Positions 1-9,795 are shown, counted from the stretch's first letter. The stretch: DNA of 64,000 nucleotides from an uncultured bacterium (GCA_963695095.1 CAVOFT010000001.1:2048001-2112000), one strand, 5' to 3'. Program-made: numbers and translations. Notes: generated by a model from the letters alone, not told the origin.

Positions 1-573
1 GCGCTCGCTGAAGAAGGCCCGGATCAGGCTCAGCATGCGCGAGCGCTGCTCGAAGCGCCGCCGCACTTCCGTGTTCGCGGCGAGATCGAGGTAGCGCTGC
101 CGCGCCCGCAGCTCTGGATCCGTGAGGCCATGGTACTTCTCGGGCAGAGGAAGCATGGCCTTGGCGAGCAGGGTCCAGCTCTCCACGCGCAGGCTCAGTT
201 CGCCGGTGCGCGTGACGAAAAGTCGCCCGCGCGCGCCCAGGTGGTCACCCGGCTCGATCAGCTTGACGAACTGCTGGTAGACCTCCTCGCCCAGCTCATC
301 CTGGCGCAAGAAGAGCTGCAGGCTGCCGCTGCGATCCTCCAGGCGGCCGAAGCTCGTCTTGCCCATCACGCGCTGGCTCATCAGGCGCCCGGCGAGGGCG
401 AGTTCGCGTCCATCGGCGATCCAGGCCTCGGCATTTGCGATGCAATCAGCCGCCGCGGCGCTGCGCGGATAACCGTAAGGGTAGGGCGCGTGGCCCAATT
501 CGCGCAAGCGCGTGAGCTTCTGCTCTTTCTCGCGCCGCATGCGCTCGGCCGTGCCGCCCGCGTGCTCCTCCAT
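1..573 (-). CDS. lysS: lysyl-tRNA synthetase, N-terminal part (runs off window edge)
   Basis: Hand translation from ATG 573 (SD GAGGAG): ...LAGRLMSQRVMGKTSF...VTRTGELSL...LPLPEKYHGLTDPELRARQRYLDL, typical of class II LysRS. Not in the ORF track. Confidence 0.95.
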   Translation of the reverse strand, partial: MEEHAGGTAERMRREKEQKLTRLRELGHAPYPYGYPRSAAAADCIANAEAWIADGRELALAGRLMSQRVMGKTSFGRLEDRSGSLQLFLRQDELGEEVYQQFVKLIEPGDHLGARGRLFVTRTGELSLRVESWTLLAKAMLPLPEKYHGLTDPELRARQRYLDLAANTEVRRRFEQRSRMLSLIRAFFSER

Positions 574-633
574 GCTGCCTTCTCCTCGTGGCGGCGGCGA
601 GGCCGCCGTTCGGCTCCGGGCGGCCGGGGCCGC

Positions 634-1056
634 CTAGGCCAGGATCTGCTCCCCGCCCGCCGTGGCGCCCTGCACGCGCAGGAGCAGCCGGCGGCGACGG
701 GGACCGTCGAACTCGCAGAAGTAGATGCCGCCCCAGGCACCCAGCTCGAGGCGTCCGCCCGTGACGAAGAGGGTCGCGCCGCTGCCGCAGAGCACGCTCT
801 TGATATGCGCCGGGCTGTTGCCCTCGGCGTGGCGGAAGGCGGGATCGGCGGCCACGAGTTTCGCAAGGGCATAGAGCAGGTCGCGCTTCACATCGGGGTC
901 GGCGTTCTCGTTGATGGCCAAGCCGGCCGTCGTGTGCGGGACGAAGAGGTGGCACAGGCCCTCGGCGAGACCGCTGGCGGCTACGGCCGCCGCGACCCGC
1001 GCCGTGACATCGACGATCTCCTGCCGATCCCGGGTCTCCAGCTCCAGGGTCGTCAC
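634..1056 (-). CDS. yjbQ: YjbQ/UPF0047 family protein
   Basis: C-terminal part of ORF 634..1734 has FVPHTTAGLAINENADPDV, HAEGNSPAHIKS and GIYFCEFDGPR. The GTG start overlaps the prfB stop. Confidence 0.9.
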   Translation of the reverse strand: MTTLELETRDRQEIVDVTARVAAAVAASGLAEGLCHLFVPHTTAGLAINENADPDVKRDLLYALAKLVAADPAFRHAEGNSPAHIKSVLCGSGATLFVTGGRLELGAWGGIYFCEFDGPRRRRLLLRVQGATAGGEQILA

Positions 1057-2166
1057 GACTCGCCGCCCACGGCCATTCCCGCCGCCTGCTTGAGGTAGGC
1101 TTCGATGAAGCGGTCCAGCTCGCCGTCCATGACGGCCTGCAGGTTGCCGGTCTCGACGCTCGTCCGGTGGTCCTTGACCATCGTGTAGGGATGGAAGACG
1201 TAGCTGCGGATCTGGTTGCCCCAGCCGATCTCCGTCTTGCTGCTCTCGAGTTCCTGCCGCGCGGCTTCCTCCTCCTCGCGGCGCAGCTGGTAGAGCCGCG
1301 CCATCAGGATCTTCATCGCGCTCTCGCGGTTGCGATGCTGGCTGCGCTCGTCCTGGCAACTGACGACGATGCCCGTCGGCAGGTGGGTGAGGCGCACCGC
1401 GCTGCTCGTCTTGTTGACATGCTGGCCGCCGGCTCCGCTCGCGCGGAAGGTGTCGATCTTGAGGTCGCCTTCCTCGATCGCGATCGCGTCGGCCTCCTCG
1501 ACCTCGGGGAAGACGAAGACCGACGCGAAGCTCGTGTGCCGCCGGCTTTGCGCATCGAAGGGACTGATGCGCACCAGGCGATGCACGCCGCGCTCGGCCT
1601 TGAGACGGCCGTAGGCGAAATCGCCCTTCACCTCGAGGGCCACGCTCTTGACCCCCGCCTCCTCGCCCCGCTGCAGGTCGAGCAGATCGAGCTGCCAGCC
1701 CCGCCGCTCTGCATAGCGCGTGTACATGCGCCACAGCATTTCCGCCCAGTCGGCGCTCTCGGTGCCGCCCGCGCCGGGATGGATGGTGAGAATGGCGTTC
1801 TTGTCGTCGTCCTCGCCCTTGAACATGAGCAGCAGCTCGAAATCGTCCAGCCGCTGGCCGAGCTGGGCCAATTCAGCGGCCACCTCGGCCTGGGCGGCCG
1901 CATCGCTCTCCGCATCGGCGAGTTCGTCCAGCACCGCCAGGTCCGCGCCGGCGGCGCCGATCGCCGTCAAGGGCTCCAGCCAGGTCTTGAGCCGCTTGGC
2001 CTGCGCCAGCGCGCGCTTGGCTCCTGCAGGATCATCCCAGAAGCCGGGAGCAGACATGCGCTCGTCGAGCGCGGCCCGCTCCGCGCTCAGGCGCGGGTAG
2101 TCAAAGGCACTCCTTGAGGTGGGCGACCCTAGCCTCGATTGCGGCTATCTCTTGTTTTGCAGTCAT
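1053..2166 (-). CDS. prfB: peptide chain release factor 2 (programmed +1 frameshift)
   Basis: SPF and GGQ motifs in ORF 1053..2057. A short upstream ORF (ATG 2166, MTAKQEIAAIEARVAHLKECL) ends in CTT TGA C and joins it by a +1 shift. Confidence 0.97.
2100..2115 (-). promoter_or_regulatory. RF2 autoregulatory +1 frameshift cassette
   Basis: Minus strand reads AAGGAG TGC CTT TGA C: internal SD, 3-nt spacer, CTT-TGA-C shift site. Confidence 0.95.
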
Positions 2167-2207
2167 CGCCTTCTTCTCTCCGATCTCTGTCCAGCGGAAT
2201 TGCCGGC

Positions 2208-2237
2208 ACGGTAGCTCTCAGCCGCCGATCCCGTCAA
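2208..2237 (-). promoter_or_regulatory. putative sigma70 promoter for prfB
   Basis: TTGACG-N18-TACCGT upstream of ATG 2166. Confidence 0.5.
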
Positions 2238-2309
2238 GTACAGCTACCGCCACCGCCTGCCCTTGGCCGCTTTCCTCCCGCGCCGGCGCACAGGCCCGAG
2301 CTGCCGCTC

Positions 2310-2345
2310 AACAAAACGCCCTGCGACGCATCGCGTCGCAGGGCG
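2310..2345 (-). terminator. intrinsic terminator after secreted protein gene
   Basis: Perfect 13-bp inverted repeat CGCCCTGCGACGC/GCGTCGCAGGGCG with a 3-nt loop, followed by TTTTGTT on the minus strand. Confidence 0.85.
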
Positions 2346-2416
2346 ATCACTCAGGCCCGATCCGCCACCCCACCTTGGCGAGGATCGGGGGCAGATTGCC
2401 TGCCCACTGCTCGCTG

Positions 2417-3238
2417 CTAGTAGAGAGCCTTGAGCTCGCTCCAGCTGCTATTCGCCACCGCCGTGGTCTCCAGCGTGCCCTGGACGAGGAAAGGCAATCC
2501 CTGCGGGGTGAGGGTGCCCGTATCGGTCAGCGCCGCATAGGTCGCACCAGCGTCGAGAGACTGGAGGGCGTTGCCCGTCGTCGTCTGGCCGTTGATCGTG
2601 ACCGGAGGCGCCCAGGGCCCCGAGCTCAGGTTGCCGGAAGTCATCCAGGCGACCCAGTAGGTGCCCGGGCCGAGCAGAACCGGGGTCATGCTCGTCTGGT
2701 TCGCGAAGATCGCGCGGTCGGTCGCCGCACCCGTGGTCGCCTCGGTCACCCGATAGATGTTGCTCCACGCCGTGCTGGCGAGCCCGTTGCTGGCGATGTT
2801 GCCGCCGACGACGTTGCCCGCCGGGGGCATCGCATCGTAGATCTCGAAGTACACACCGGTGATCGGCGAAGGATTCGTCGGAGCGCCCGTCTGGTACGCG
2901 AAGAACGTGATTCCCATCACATTCCAGACCTCGCCTGCCGGGATCACGAAATCGTCGGCAACGCGGTACTGCAGGGTGTACTGATGGCCGGCACCCAGCG
3001 TGTTCATCCCCAGGCTGAGGTTCTGGAGAACGGACTCGTCAGCCCCCCCCACACCCGTGCCCGGGCTGTTGACCAGCGGGCCGTTGTCGAAGAGAACGTC
3101 CCTGCTACCCAGCCAGGTGTCACCCGGCACCGGTTCGATGTAGCTCCATCCCGCGTCGCTGCTGCTCTCGTCGACCACTGCCAACGCTGGGCAGGCGAAC
3201 AAGGCCGCCAAGACTAGCACTGTCGCAAATAAACGCAT
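2417..3238 (-). CDS. secreted beta-rich protein with short C-terminal tail (...SSWSELKALY)
   Basis: SD GAGGAGG; Sec signal peptide MRLFATVLVLAALFACPALA; G/T/N/aromatic-rich body; has its own promoter and terminator. Confidence 0.85.
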   Translation of the reverse strand: MRLFATVLVLAALFACPALAVVDESSSDAGWSYIEPVPGDTWLGSRDVLFDNGPLVNSPGTGVGGADESVLQNLSLGMNTLGAGHQYTLQYRVADDFVIPAGEVWNVMGITFFAYQTGAPTNPSPITGVYFEIYDAMPPAGNVVGGNIASNGLASTAWSNIYRVTEATTGAATDRAIFANQTSMTPVLLGPGTYWVAWMTSGNLSSGPWAPPVTINGQTTTGNALQSLDAGATYAALTDTGTLTPQGLPFLVQGTLETTAVANSSWSELKALY

Positions 3239-3373
3239 GATCCCCCTCCTCGAAGTTGCGGCAGCTGACGTACACTGCCTGAACGGTTATACAGCGTTGA
3301 TCCAGGCCGAGGACCAATAACCATTTTGCAAAGGCGTCCCTGGCCTGTCCCTTCAAGACCTCCCGAAGCTCAT

Positions 3374-3402
3374 ATGCTACCACTGCCACATAAACCGTTC
3401 AA
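3374..3402 (-). promoter_or_regulatory. putative sigma70 promoter
   Basis: TTGAAC-N17-TAGCAT with an extended -10 TG, in an AT-rich intergenic region. Confidence 0.5.
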
Positions 3403-3495
3403 GATGATAAACGGTACAAGTTTGAAGAATCTGCCGCCCGGGGAGCCCCCCGTCCGCCGGCCGCCTCCGCCCGCCAGCGTCAAGCGGGGGATGGC

Positions 3496-4107
3496 TCAGG
3501 CGAGGAGGGCCGGCATCAGGGCGCGCAAGCGCCGCTCGAGTTCGCCCAGCGAGCAATCCGTGTTGAGCACGCGATCCGCCTGCGCCGTCCAGCGCTCCCA
3601 ATCGCCCTGCGCGCTCAGGCGGCGGGCGATCGCGGCCGCGTCCGCCCCGCTGCGCGCGGCCACGCGCTCGATGAGGCGCTCCTGGGGCGCCCAGGTCAGG
3701 AGCACGCCGTCCACGGCGAAGGGGCGCGCCGTGAGCTGGAACCAGAGCACCACCTCGATCACCAGCAGGCCCTGCCCGCGCGCCCGCCAATCGGCGGCCT
3801 TGTCCGCCAGCTCGGCCAGCACGTAGGGGTGGACCAGCGCCTCGAGCTGCGTGAGCAGGGCCGGCTCGGCGAAGGCACGCGCGGCAATCAGGCCGCGATC
3901 CGGGGCTCCGTCCGGTCCGAAGACGGCCTCGCCGAAGAGTCGGCGCAGGCCGGCGTGCACTTCCTCGTGGCGGGCGAGCACCCGGTGCACGAGGGCATCG
4001 GCGCTGAGTACCGTGGCCCCCCCGTCGGCGAAGAGGCGGCAGACCGTGCTCTTGCCGCTGCCGATGGGTCCGGTGACCACCCAGACGCGACCTGCTAGTG
4101 CCGTCAA
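3496..4107 (-). CDS. coaE: dephospho-CoA kinase
   Basis: VTGPIGSGKSTV P-loop, ADALVH, LEALVHP. Probable TTG start overlapping the polA stop. Confidence 0.9.
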   Translation of the reverse strand: MTALAGRVWVVTGPIGSGKSTVCRLFADGGATVLSADALVHRVLARHEEVHAGLRRLFGEAVFGPDGAPDRGLIAARAFAEPALLTQLEALVHPYVLAELADKAADWRARGQGLLVIEVVLWFQLTARPFAVDGVLLTWAPQERLIERVAARSGADAAAIARRLSAQGDWERWTAQADRVLNTDCSLGELERRLRALMPALLA

Positions 4108-6779
4108 TGCGCCTCCAGCCAGTTGTCGCCGGCCCCCCACTCCACCTTGAGCGGGATCGCCAGATCACCGGCGCGCTCCATGAGCGGGATCACGCCGGCG
4201 GCCAGGGCGTCCAGTTCCGCCGCCGGCGCCTCGAAGAGCAGCTCATCGTGCACCTGGAGCAGCAGGCGCGCGGTGAGGCCGCTCCCGGCCAGCCAGGCGT
4301 GAATGCGCAGCATCGCCAGCTTGATCAGATCGGCGGCGCTGCCCTGGATCGGCGTGTTGATCGCCACGCGCTCGCCGAAGCTGCGCAGCGCGCCATTGGC
4401 GCTGGCCAGCTCGGGCAGGGCCCGCCGGCGGCCCAGGATCGTGCTCACGCTGCCCTCGCTGCGGGCGCGCAGCAGCGTGGCGTCGATCCACTGCCGCACG
4501 CCGGGAAAGGCGGCGAAGTACTCGTCGATGAAGCGCTGGGCCTCTGCCCGCGGCATGCGCAGGCGCTGGGCGAGGCCGTGCGCGCCCATGCCGTAGAGCA
4601 CGCCGAAGTTCACGGTCTTGGCGCGGTCCCGCTCCTCGCGGCTGACTGCTTCTTCGTCCTTGCCCGCCAGCCGCGCCGCGGTCCAGCGGTGGATGTCACG
4701 GCCCGCCGCGAAGGCGGCGCCCAAGGCCTCGTCCCCGCTCAGCGCTGCCAGGATGCGCAGCTCGACCTGGCTGTAGTCGAAGGAGGCCAGCTTCAAGCCG
4801 GGCCCGGGCACGAAGGCGCGCCGGATCTCCTTGCCGAGCTCGCTGCGGATGGGAATGTTCTGCAGATTGGGATCCGAGCTGGAGAGCCGACCCGTGGCGG
4901 CCACCGCCTGGTTGAAGCGCGTGTGCACGCGCCCCGTGCGGGCGAGCACCATCGTCGGCAGGACATCCACGTAGGTGCTCTTCAGCTTCGCCAGCTCGCG
5001 CCATTCGAGCACCCAGCCGGCGATGGGATGCTCGCCGGCCATCTCGCCCAGCACCTGCTCGTCGGTGGAGTAGCCCGTTTTCGTGCGGCGCCCGGTCGGC
5101 AGCTTCAGCTCCTCGAAGAGCACGGCGGCGAGCTGCTTGGGGCTGCCGATGGCGAAGCTCCTGCCCGCTGCGGCGTGGATCTTCGCCTCCAGCGCCGCGC
5201 GCTCGGCCTCCATCCGCTCCCCCAGGGCCGCCAGGTGCTCCTGATCGAGGCCGATGCCGGCCTCCTCCATGGCGGCCAGCACGGGCACCAAGGGCATCTC
5301 CAGCTCGCGGAAGAGCGATTCGACGCCGGCCTCCGCCAGGGCCGGCCGCAGCTTCTCGGCCAGGCGCAGCGTGTAGTCGGCATCCTCGGCGGCGTAGTGG
5401 GTGAGCTTGTCCACCGCTACCTGGGTGATGTCCCGTGCCTTGTCCCCGGGGGCGAAGAGGGCCGCGTAGGGCATCATCACATGGCCCAGCAGCTCCAGGG
5501 CGAGCGCGTCCAGGCCATGGCTGCGCCGGCCGGGATCCACGCAGTAGCTCGCCAGCATGGTATCGAAGCTGGGGCCGGCGATCGGCAGACCGTGCCGAGC
5601 CAGGACCTGGGCGTCGAACTTGAGGTTCTGCGCGATCTTCTCGACCTGCTCCGAGGCCAGCGCCGGGGCGAGCGCCGCTTGCAGGGCCGCCAGCGGCAAG
5701 CCCGCCGTCTGCGCGCGCCCGGCCACGGGCAGATACCAGGCTTCGCCTGCGCAGAGCGCCAGGCTGATGCCCACCAGATCGGCGGCCAGGGGATCCAGGC
5801 CCGTCGTCTCCGTGTCGACGGCGAAGCGCGCCGCCTTCGCCAGGCGCGCCCCCAATCCGGTCAGGGCCTCGCCGTCCTCGATGCAGCGATAGGCGACGGG
5901 CGCCTCCGCCTCGCCCGAACCGAGGAACTCGGCGATCAGGCTCTGGAAGCCGCGCTCCATGAGCCAGGCCTGCGCCGCGGCCCGGTCGGGCGCGCGGGGC
6001 CGCCAGGCCGCGCTCGGCGCGGGCAAGGGCAGATCCTCCACGAGACCGATCAGCTCCCGCGCCAGGAAAGCCTGCTCCCTGCCCGCTTCCAGCTTGCGGC
6101 GCAGCGCCGCGGCATCCAGATCCGCGAGGCGCGCGTAGAGGCTGTCCAGCGAATCGAACTCGGCGAGCAGCTTGGCGCTGCCCTTGGGACCGAGTCCCGG
6201 TACGCCGGGCACGTTGTCGGCGTCGTCGCCGGTGAGGCTGAGGTAGTCGCGCAACCGGCTCGGCGGCACGCCGAACTCCTCCTCCACCTCGCGCGGGCCC
6301 AGCTCGCGCGCGGGCTTGGCGCCTGCGGCCGGGCGCAGCACGCGGATCTGTTCATCGACGAGCTGGCAGAGATCCTTGTCCGCCGAGGCGATGAGAACCT
6401 GCCAGCCGGCGGCCGCGGCCTGGCGCGCGGCGCTGGCGATGAGGTCGTCGGCCTCGAAGCCGGGCCGCGCCTCGTGCGCGATGCCGGCCAGGGGGAGGAA
6501 CTCCTGGAGCCGCTCGACGCTGGCCTTGAGTTCCGGTGGCGTCGCCGCTCGCTTCGCCTTGTAGGCCGGATAGCGCCGGTGGCGGAAGCTGCCGCCCACC
6601 GGATCGAAGGCGACGAAAATGGCGTCCGGCTGCCGCTCGCGACGCAGGGCGAGCAGGGTGCGCAGGAAGCCGAACTCCGCGCTCGTGTTCTCGCCGGCGC
6701 TGTTGGTCAGCGGGCTGCGAATCATGGCGAAGTAGCTGCGAAAGGCCAGCGCATGGCCATCGATCAAGAGCAGCTTCAT
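4104..6779 (-). CDS. polA: DNA polymerase I
   Basis: MKLLLIDGHALAFRSYFA 5'-3' exonuclease start, DTETT exo motif, DYSQVELR, AKTVNFGVLYG, QVHDEL. Confidence 0.98.
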   Translation of the reverse strand: MKLLLIDGHALAFRSYFAMIRSPLTNSAGENTSAEFGFLRTLLALRRERQPDAIFVAFDPVGGSFRHRRYPAYKAKRAATPPELKASVERLQEFLPLAGIAHEARPGFEADDLIASAARQAAAAGWQVLIASADKDLCQLVDEQIRVLRPAAGAKPARELGPREVEEEFGVPPSRLRDYLSLTGDDADNVPGVPGLGPKGSAKLLAEFDSLDSLYARLADLDAAALRRKLEAGREQAFLARELIGLVEDLPLPAPSAAWRPRAPDRAAAQAWLMERGFQSLIAEFLGSGEAEAPVAYRCIEDGEALTGLGARLAKAARFAVDTETTGLDPLAADLVGISLALCAGEAWYLPVAGRAQTAGLPLAALQAALAPALASEQVEKIAQNLKFDAQVLARHGLPIAGPSFDTMLASYCVDPGRRSHGLDALALELLGHVMMPYAALFAPGDKARDITQVAVDKLTHYAAEDADYTLRLAEKLRPALAEAGVESLFRELEMPLVPVLAAMEEAGIGLDQEHLAALGERMEAERAALEAKIHAAAGRSFAIGSPKQLAAVLFEELKLPTGRRTKTGYSTDEQVLGEMAGEHPIAGWVLEWRELAKLKSTYVDVLPTMVLARTGRVHTRFNQAVAATGRLSSSDPNLQNIPIRSELGKEIRRAFVPGPGLKLASFDYSQVELRILAALSGDEALGAAFAAGRDIHRWTAARLAGKDEEAVSREERDRAKTVNFGVLYGMGAHGLAQRLRMPRAEAQRFIDEYFAAFPGVRQWIDATLLRARSEGSVSTILGRRRALPELASANGALRSFGERVAINTPIQGSAADLIKLAMLRIHAWLAGSGLTARLLLQVHDELLFEAPAAELDALAAGVIPLMERAGDLAIPLKVEWGAGDNWLEAH

Positions 6780-7378
6780 GGTGACTCCTCGCGCCCGGCG
6801 CCGCCCGCCCCGTAGAGCCCCGCCCGCAGGATGTAGGCCGCCACCGCCGGCGGCAACCAGGGCGTGGGCCGCCCGGCGGCCAGGCAGGCGCGGATGACGC
6901 GGCTCTGGGCCGGATGCAGCGCGCCCGTGGCGAGACGATGCGGCCAGGGCGCGGCGCCGGACGCCCGCCCCGCGCGGGCGAGGACGAGCAGCTCGATCTC
7001 GGCGCAGAGCGCCGCCGGTTCGTGCCAGCTCCCGAGTTCGACCAGGGAATCGGCGCCCAGGATGAGCGAGAACTGCAGAGCCCCGCCGTGCCTTGCCTTG
7101 AGCGCGCGCACGGTGTCCAGCGTGTAGCTGGCGCCGCCGCGGGCAGCTTCGCTCTCGTCCACCCGCAGCCAGGGCTCGGCCGCCGCCAGGAGCCGCGCCA
7201 TCGCAGCCCGATCGGGGTAGGGCGCGATCACCGCCTTGTGGGGCGGCTGAAAGGCTGGCAACAGCCAGACGGCGTCGAGCTGCCAGTGCCGGCGGGCTTC
7301 CCGGGCCATCCACAGGTGGCCCAGATGGGGTGGATCGAAGCTGCCCCCGAGCAGACCTACACGCTCGGGGACGGCCAT
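6776..7378 (-). CDS. nadD: nicotinate-nucleotide adenylyltransferase
   Basis: GGSFDPPHLGH, PPHK, SYTLDT, LILGADS. Confidence 0.93.
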   Translation of the reverse strand: MAVPERVGLLGGSFDPPHLGHLWMAREARRHWQLDAVWLLPAFQPPHKAVIAPYPDRAAMARLLAAAEPWLRVDESEAARGGASYTLDTVRALKARHGGALQFSLILGADSLVELGSWHEPAALCAEIELLVLARAGRASGAAPWPHRLATGALHPAQSRVIRACLAAGRPTPWLPPAVAAYILRAGLYGAGGAGREESP

Positions 7379-7381
7379 CGC

Positions 7382-8125
7382 TCAGTTCGCGAGCAGGGCC
7401 CGCGCGCGCCGGGCGAGTTCGCTGTCCGGCCGCAGCGCTGCCGCCCGCGTCGCCAGGCGCTCGGCTTCTGCCCGGTCGCCTGTCTTGAGTTGAAGCGCGA
7501 TCAATTCCAGCAGCCCGGACTCCGCCTGAGCGCTCTCCGGCTGTTCGCGCAAGAGCTTCTCGTAGTAGAGCACCGCCGCCTGCGGCCGCTTCATGCGCTG
7601 GTACAGACGCGCGATACTCAGGCTCTTCTCGGCCAGCTTCTCCTGCATCGCGGCGCGGGCGCTCGCGGCCCAGGGCGCCTGCGGACTCGTCGGGAAGTCC
7701 AGCAGGAAGTCGTCGAGCACCTGGATGGCCTTCAGCGTCGGCGTGGCGTCCCGGTCGTAGGGCGGCGACTGCTTCACCCAGCAGAGCGCCTCGTAGAAGG
7801 CCGCCGCCGCCAGGGAGTCGCTGCGCGGATAGTCCCGCTGGAAGATCTCGAACTCCACGGCCGCCGTGGGATAGTCGCCGTTCTCGAGGTAGGCACGCCC
7901 CAACATGAAGTGGGCCAGCATCGCTTCGGCGCCGAGACCGCTATCCTCCAGGTAGAGCTGGTAGTCCTGGATGGCTGCCGACCAGTCGCGCCGCGCGAAG
8001 GAGCGGTCGGCGCGCTCCTTGCGGCTCAGCCCGCGGCTCGATGAACAGCCGAGAACGGACACGAGGGCGAGGGCCGCGAGGGCCATCAGCGCTATCGCTG
8101 CCGTACGCCGGGGGATCGCCCTCAC
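7382..8125 (-). CDS. bamD: outer membrane protein assembly factor BamD (lipoprotein)
   Basis: Lipobox-like VLGC, TPR helices, PPYDRDATPT...FLLDFPTS, LAEKSLSIARLY. Confidence 0.85.
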   Translation of the reverse strand: MRAIPRRTAAIALMALAALALVSVLGCSSSRGLSRKERADRSFARRDWSAAIQDYQLYLEDSGLGAEAMLAHFMLGRAYLENGDYPTAAVEFEIFQRDYPRSDSLAAAAFYEALCWVKQSPPYDRDATPTLKAIQVLDDFLLDFPTSPQAPWAASARAAMQEKLAEKSLSIARLYQRMKRPQAAVLYYEKLLREQPESAQAESGLLELIALQLKTGDRAEAERLATRAAALRPDSELARRARALLAN

Positions 8126-9102
8126 CGCAATCTCGCCTTCTCGAGCGTGGCCAGCCGCTCGATTGCCGAATCGTAGACCCTGCCGGTCTGGGTGCTGCTC
8201 TCGTTGATGACCCGCCGATAGCAGGCCAGCGCCTCTTCGTAGTTGCGCAGGTTCTCGTACGCCGCTCCCAGCTCGAGGAGCGCCTCCGCCGTGAGGGGCG
8301 GGTTCTCCCGGAAGCGGAGCACCTTGCGAAGATAGCCCAGGGCCCCGTCGTAGTCCATGCGCGAGTTTGCGGCACGCGCCTCGCCGATGAGCAACTCCTG
8401 GTAGAGCCAGATCGCCTCGTGCCGCTGCCGGTGGCGGGGCTCACGGCGCAGCCAGGGCTCGAGCAGGTCAAGCGCCTCCTGATCCCGAGCCAGCTTGTGG
8501 AGACTGACGGCGTAGGGATACAGGGCATCCACGGCGGCGCTGCTGTCGGGCGCCGCGGCGAGCGCCTGGCCATAGAGGGCCGCCGCGCGGGGCCAATCGC
8601 GTTCCGCCTGCGCGCGCTCCGCCATGAAGTAGGCGTAGGGCCCGAGCTCGAGCCGCGGCGCGAAGGAAAGGGCAATGGCCCATCGCCGCGCAGCGCGGCT
8701 CTCCTGCTTCGCCGCGAAATCCTCGCGCGCCCGCTGGTGGTAGAGGAGGGCCACGGCCTCGGCCGCGGCCGGTTCGACGGTGGTCAAGGTGCGGAAGTAG
8801 CTCTCCGCCTCCCCGTCGCGATCCAGGGCGAGCAGGCTCGTCGCCACGAGCCTCAAGGCCGCCGGGTGCTCCGGCTCGCGCAGCAGGACATAGAGCCCCT
8901 CGAGCTGGGCCTCCTCGAAGCGGCCGGCCACGAAGTGGGTCTCGCCCCGCTCCAGGTGCGCCTCGATCTTGTCGCCGCCGCAGCCGAGAGCGCTCAGGAG
9001 CCAGAGTGCCGGCACGAGCAGAAGCAAACGCCGGCCCGCCGCTGCCAAGCGGCCGGCGCGGCGCTGCGGCAGCCACGCGCAGGAGAGGGCGTGGGCGGGC
9101 AT
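8122..9102 (-). CDS. tetratricopeptide-repeat lipoprotein
   Basis: Hydrophobic segment ending ALGC, then TPR-like helices (ALLELGAAYENLRNYEEALACYRRV). Coupled to both neighbours. Confidence 0.75.
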   Translation of the reverse strand: MPAHALSCAWLPQRRAGRLAAAGRRLLLLVPALWLLSALGCGGDKIEAHLERGETHFVAGRFEEAQLEGLYVLLREPEHPAALRLVATSLLALDRDGEAESYFRTLTTVEPAAAEAVALLYHQRAREDFAAKQESRAARRWAIALSFAPRLELGPYAYFMAERAQAERDWPRAAALYGQALAAAPDSSAAVDALYPYAVSLHKLARDQEALDLLEPWLRREPRHRQRHEAIWLYQELLIGEARAANSRMDYDGALGYLRKVLRFRENPPLTAEALLELGAAYENLRNYEEALACYRRVINESSTQTGRVYDSAIERLATLEKARLR

Positions 9103-9767
9103 CAATTCCCGCTTTGGTTACTGAAGAAGAGATAGATCAACCCGGCGATCATGCCCGTCACGACAAAGGGCTCCGCGGACTTGGACCAGTCGTGCTCGCG
9201 GAGCTCGGGCGTCGTGAAGGGGTAGCTGGGGCTGGCCACCAGCTCCCGCAGCTCGTAGGGAAAGCGATCGGCCATCAGGACCTCGCGCTGCGTAACGGCC
9301 AGTTCGGTCCCCGTGGCCGCGTCCGACAGCCGGGTCGCCAGCACGCAGATGCCGTGGCGTTCGATCTCCTTGCGCGTCCACAGGGCGCTGCGATCGACGC
9401 CCGTGTAGGCGATGCGCAGCTCCAGGATGCGGAACTCCAGGTGCTGGGCACAATCGGCCGGCCCCGCGGCCACCCCCAGCCCCTGCTGCCGCGCCGCTTC
9501 GGACAGGGCCAGCTCGAGGATGCCGTTGCCCGAGTGCTCGCTGCGCGGAGCGATGAAGATGCAGTCCCCCGCTGCCGCACCCAACTCGGCCAGCGTGGCC
9601 GCAGCCACCTCGGCGGCCATTGCATGGGCGAGGCCGAGGTTGGTCGGCACCGCCTCCACCGTCAGAGGCGCGGGCTCGGCGGCTCCGGCGGGCAGGGCGA
9701 GGGCACAGAGCCCAAGGCCGAGCAGGCAGGCCTGCCAGCGGGAAGCTCGCGGCGAAATGGCGCGCAT
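9102..9767 (-). CDS. hypothetical exported protein with C-terminal membrane anchor
   Basis: Signal-like N-terminus (LLGLGLCALALPAGA) and C-terminal TM (PFVVTGMIAGLIYLFFS). First gene after a promoter. Confidence 0.7.
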   Translation of the reverse strand: MRAISPRASRWQACLLGLGLCALALPAGAAEPAPLTVEAVPTNLGLAHAMAAEVAAATLAELGAAAGDCIFIAPRSEHSGNGILELALSEAARQQGLGVAAGPADCAQHLEFRILELRIAYTGVDRSALWTRKEIERHGICVLATRLSDAATGTELAVTQREVLMADRFPYELRELVASPSYPFTTPELREHDWSKSAEPFVVTGMIAGLIYLFFSNQSGN

Positions 9768-9795
9768 GGCAACTCCAGCGACTGGGGTCGGGTAG

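Noticed and set aside
3240..3495. Riboswitch, sRNA or sigma54 promoter in the AT-rich intergenic region
   Set aside because: No riboswitch consensus recognised by eye, and GG-GC spacing is 9 rather than 10. An Rfam search would be needed.
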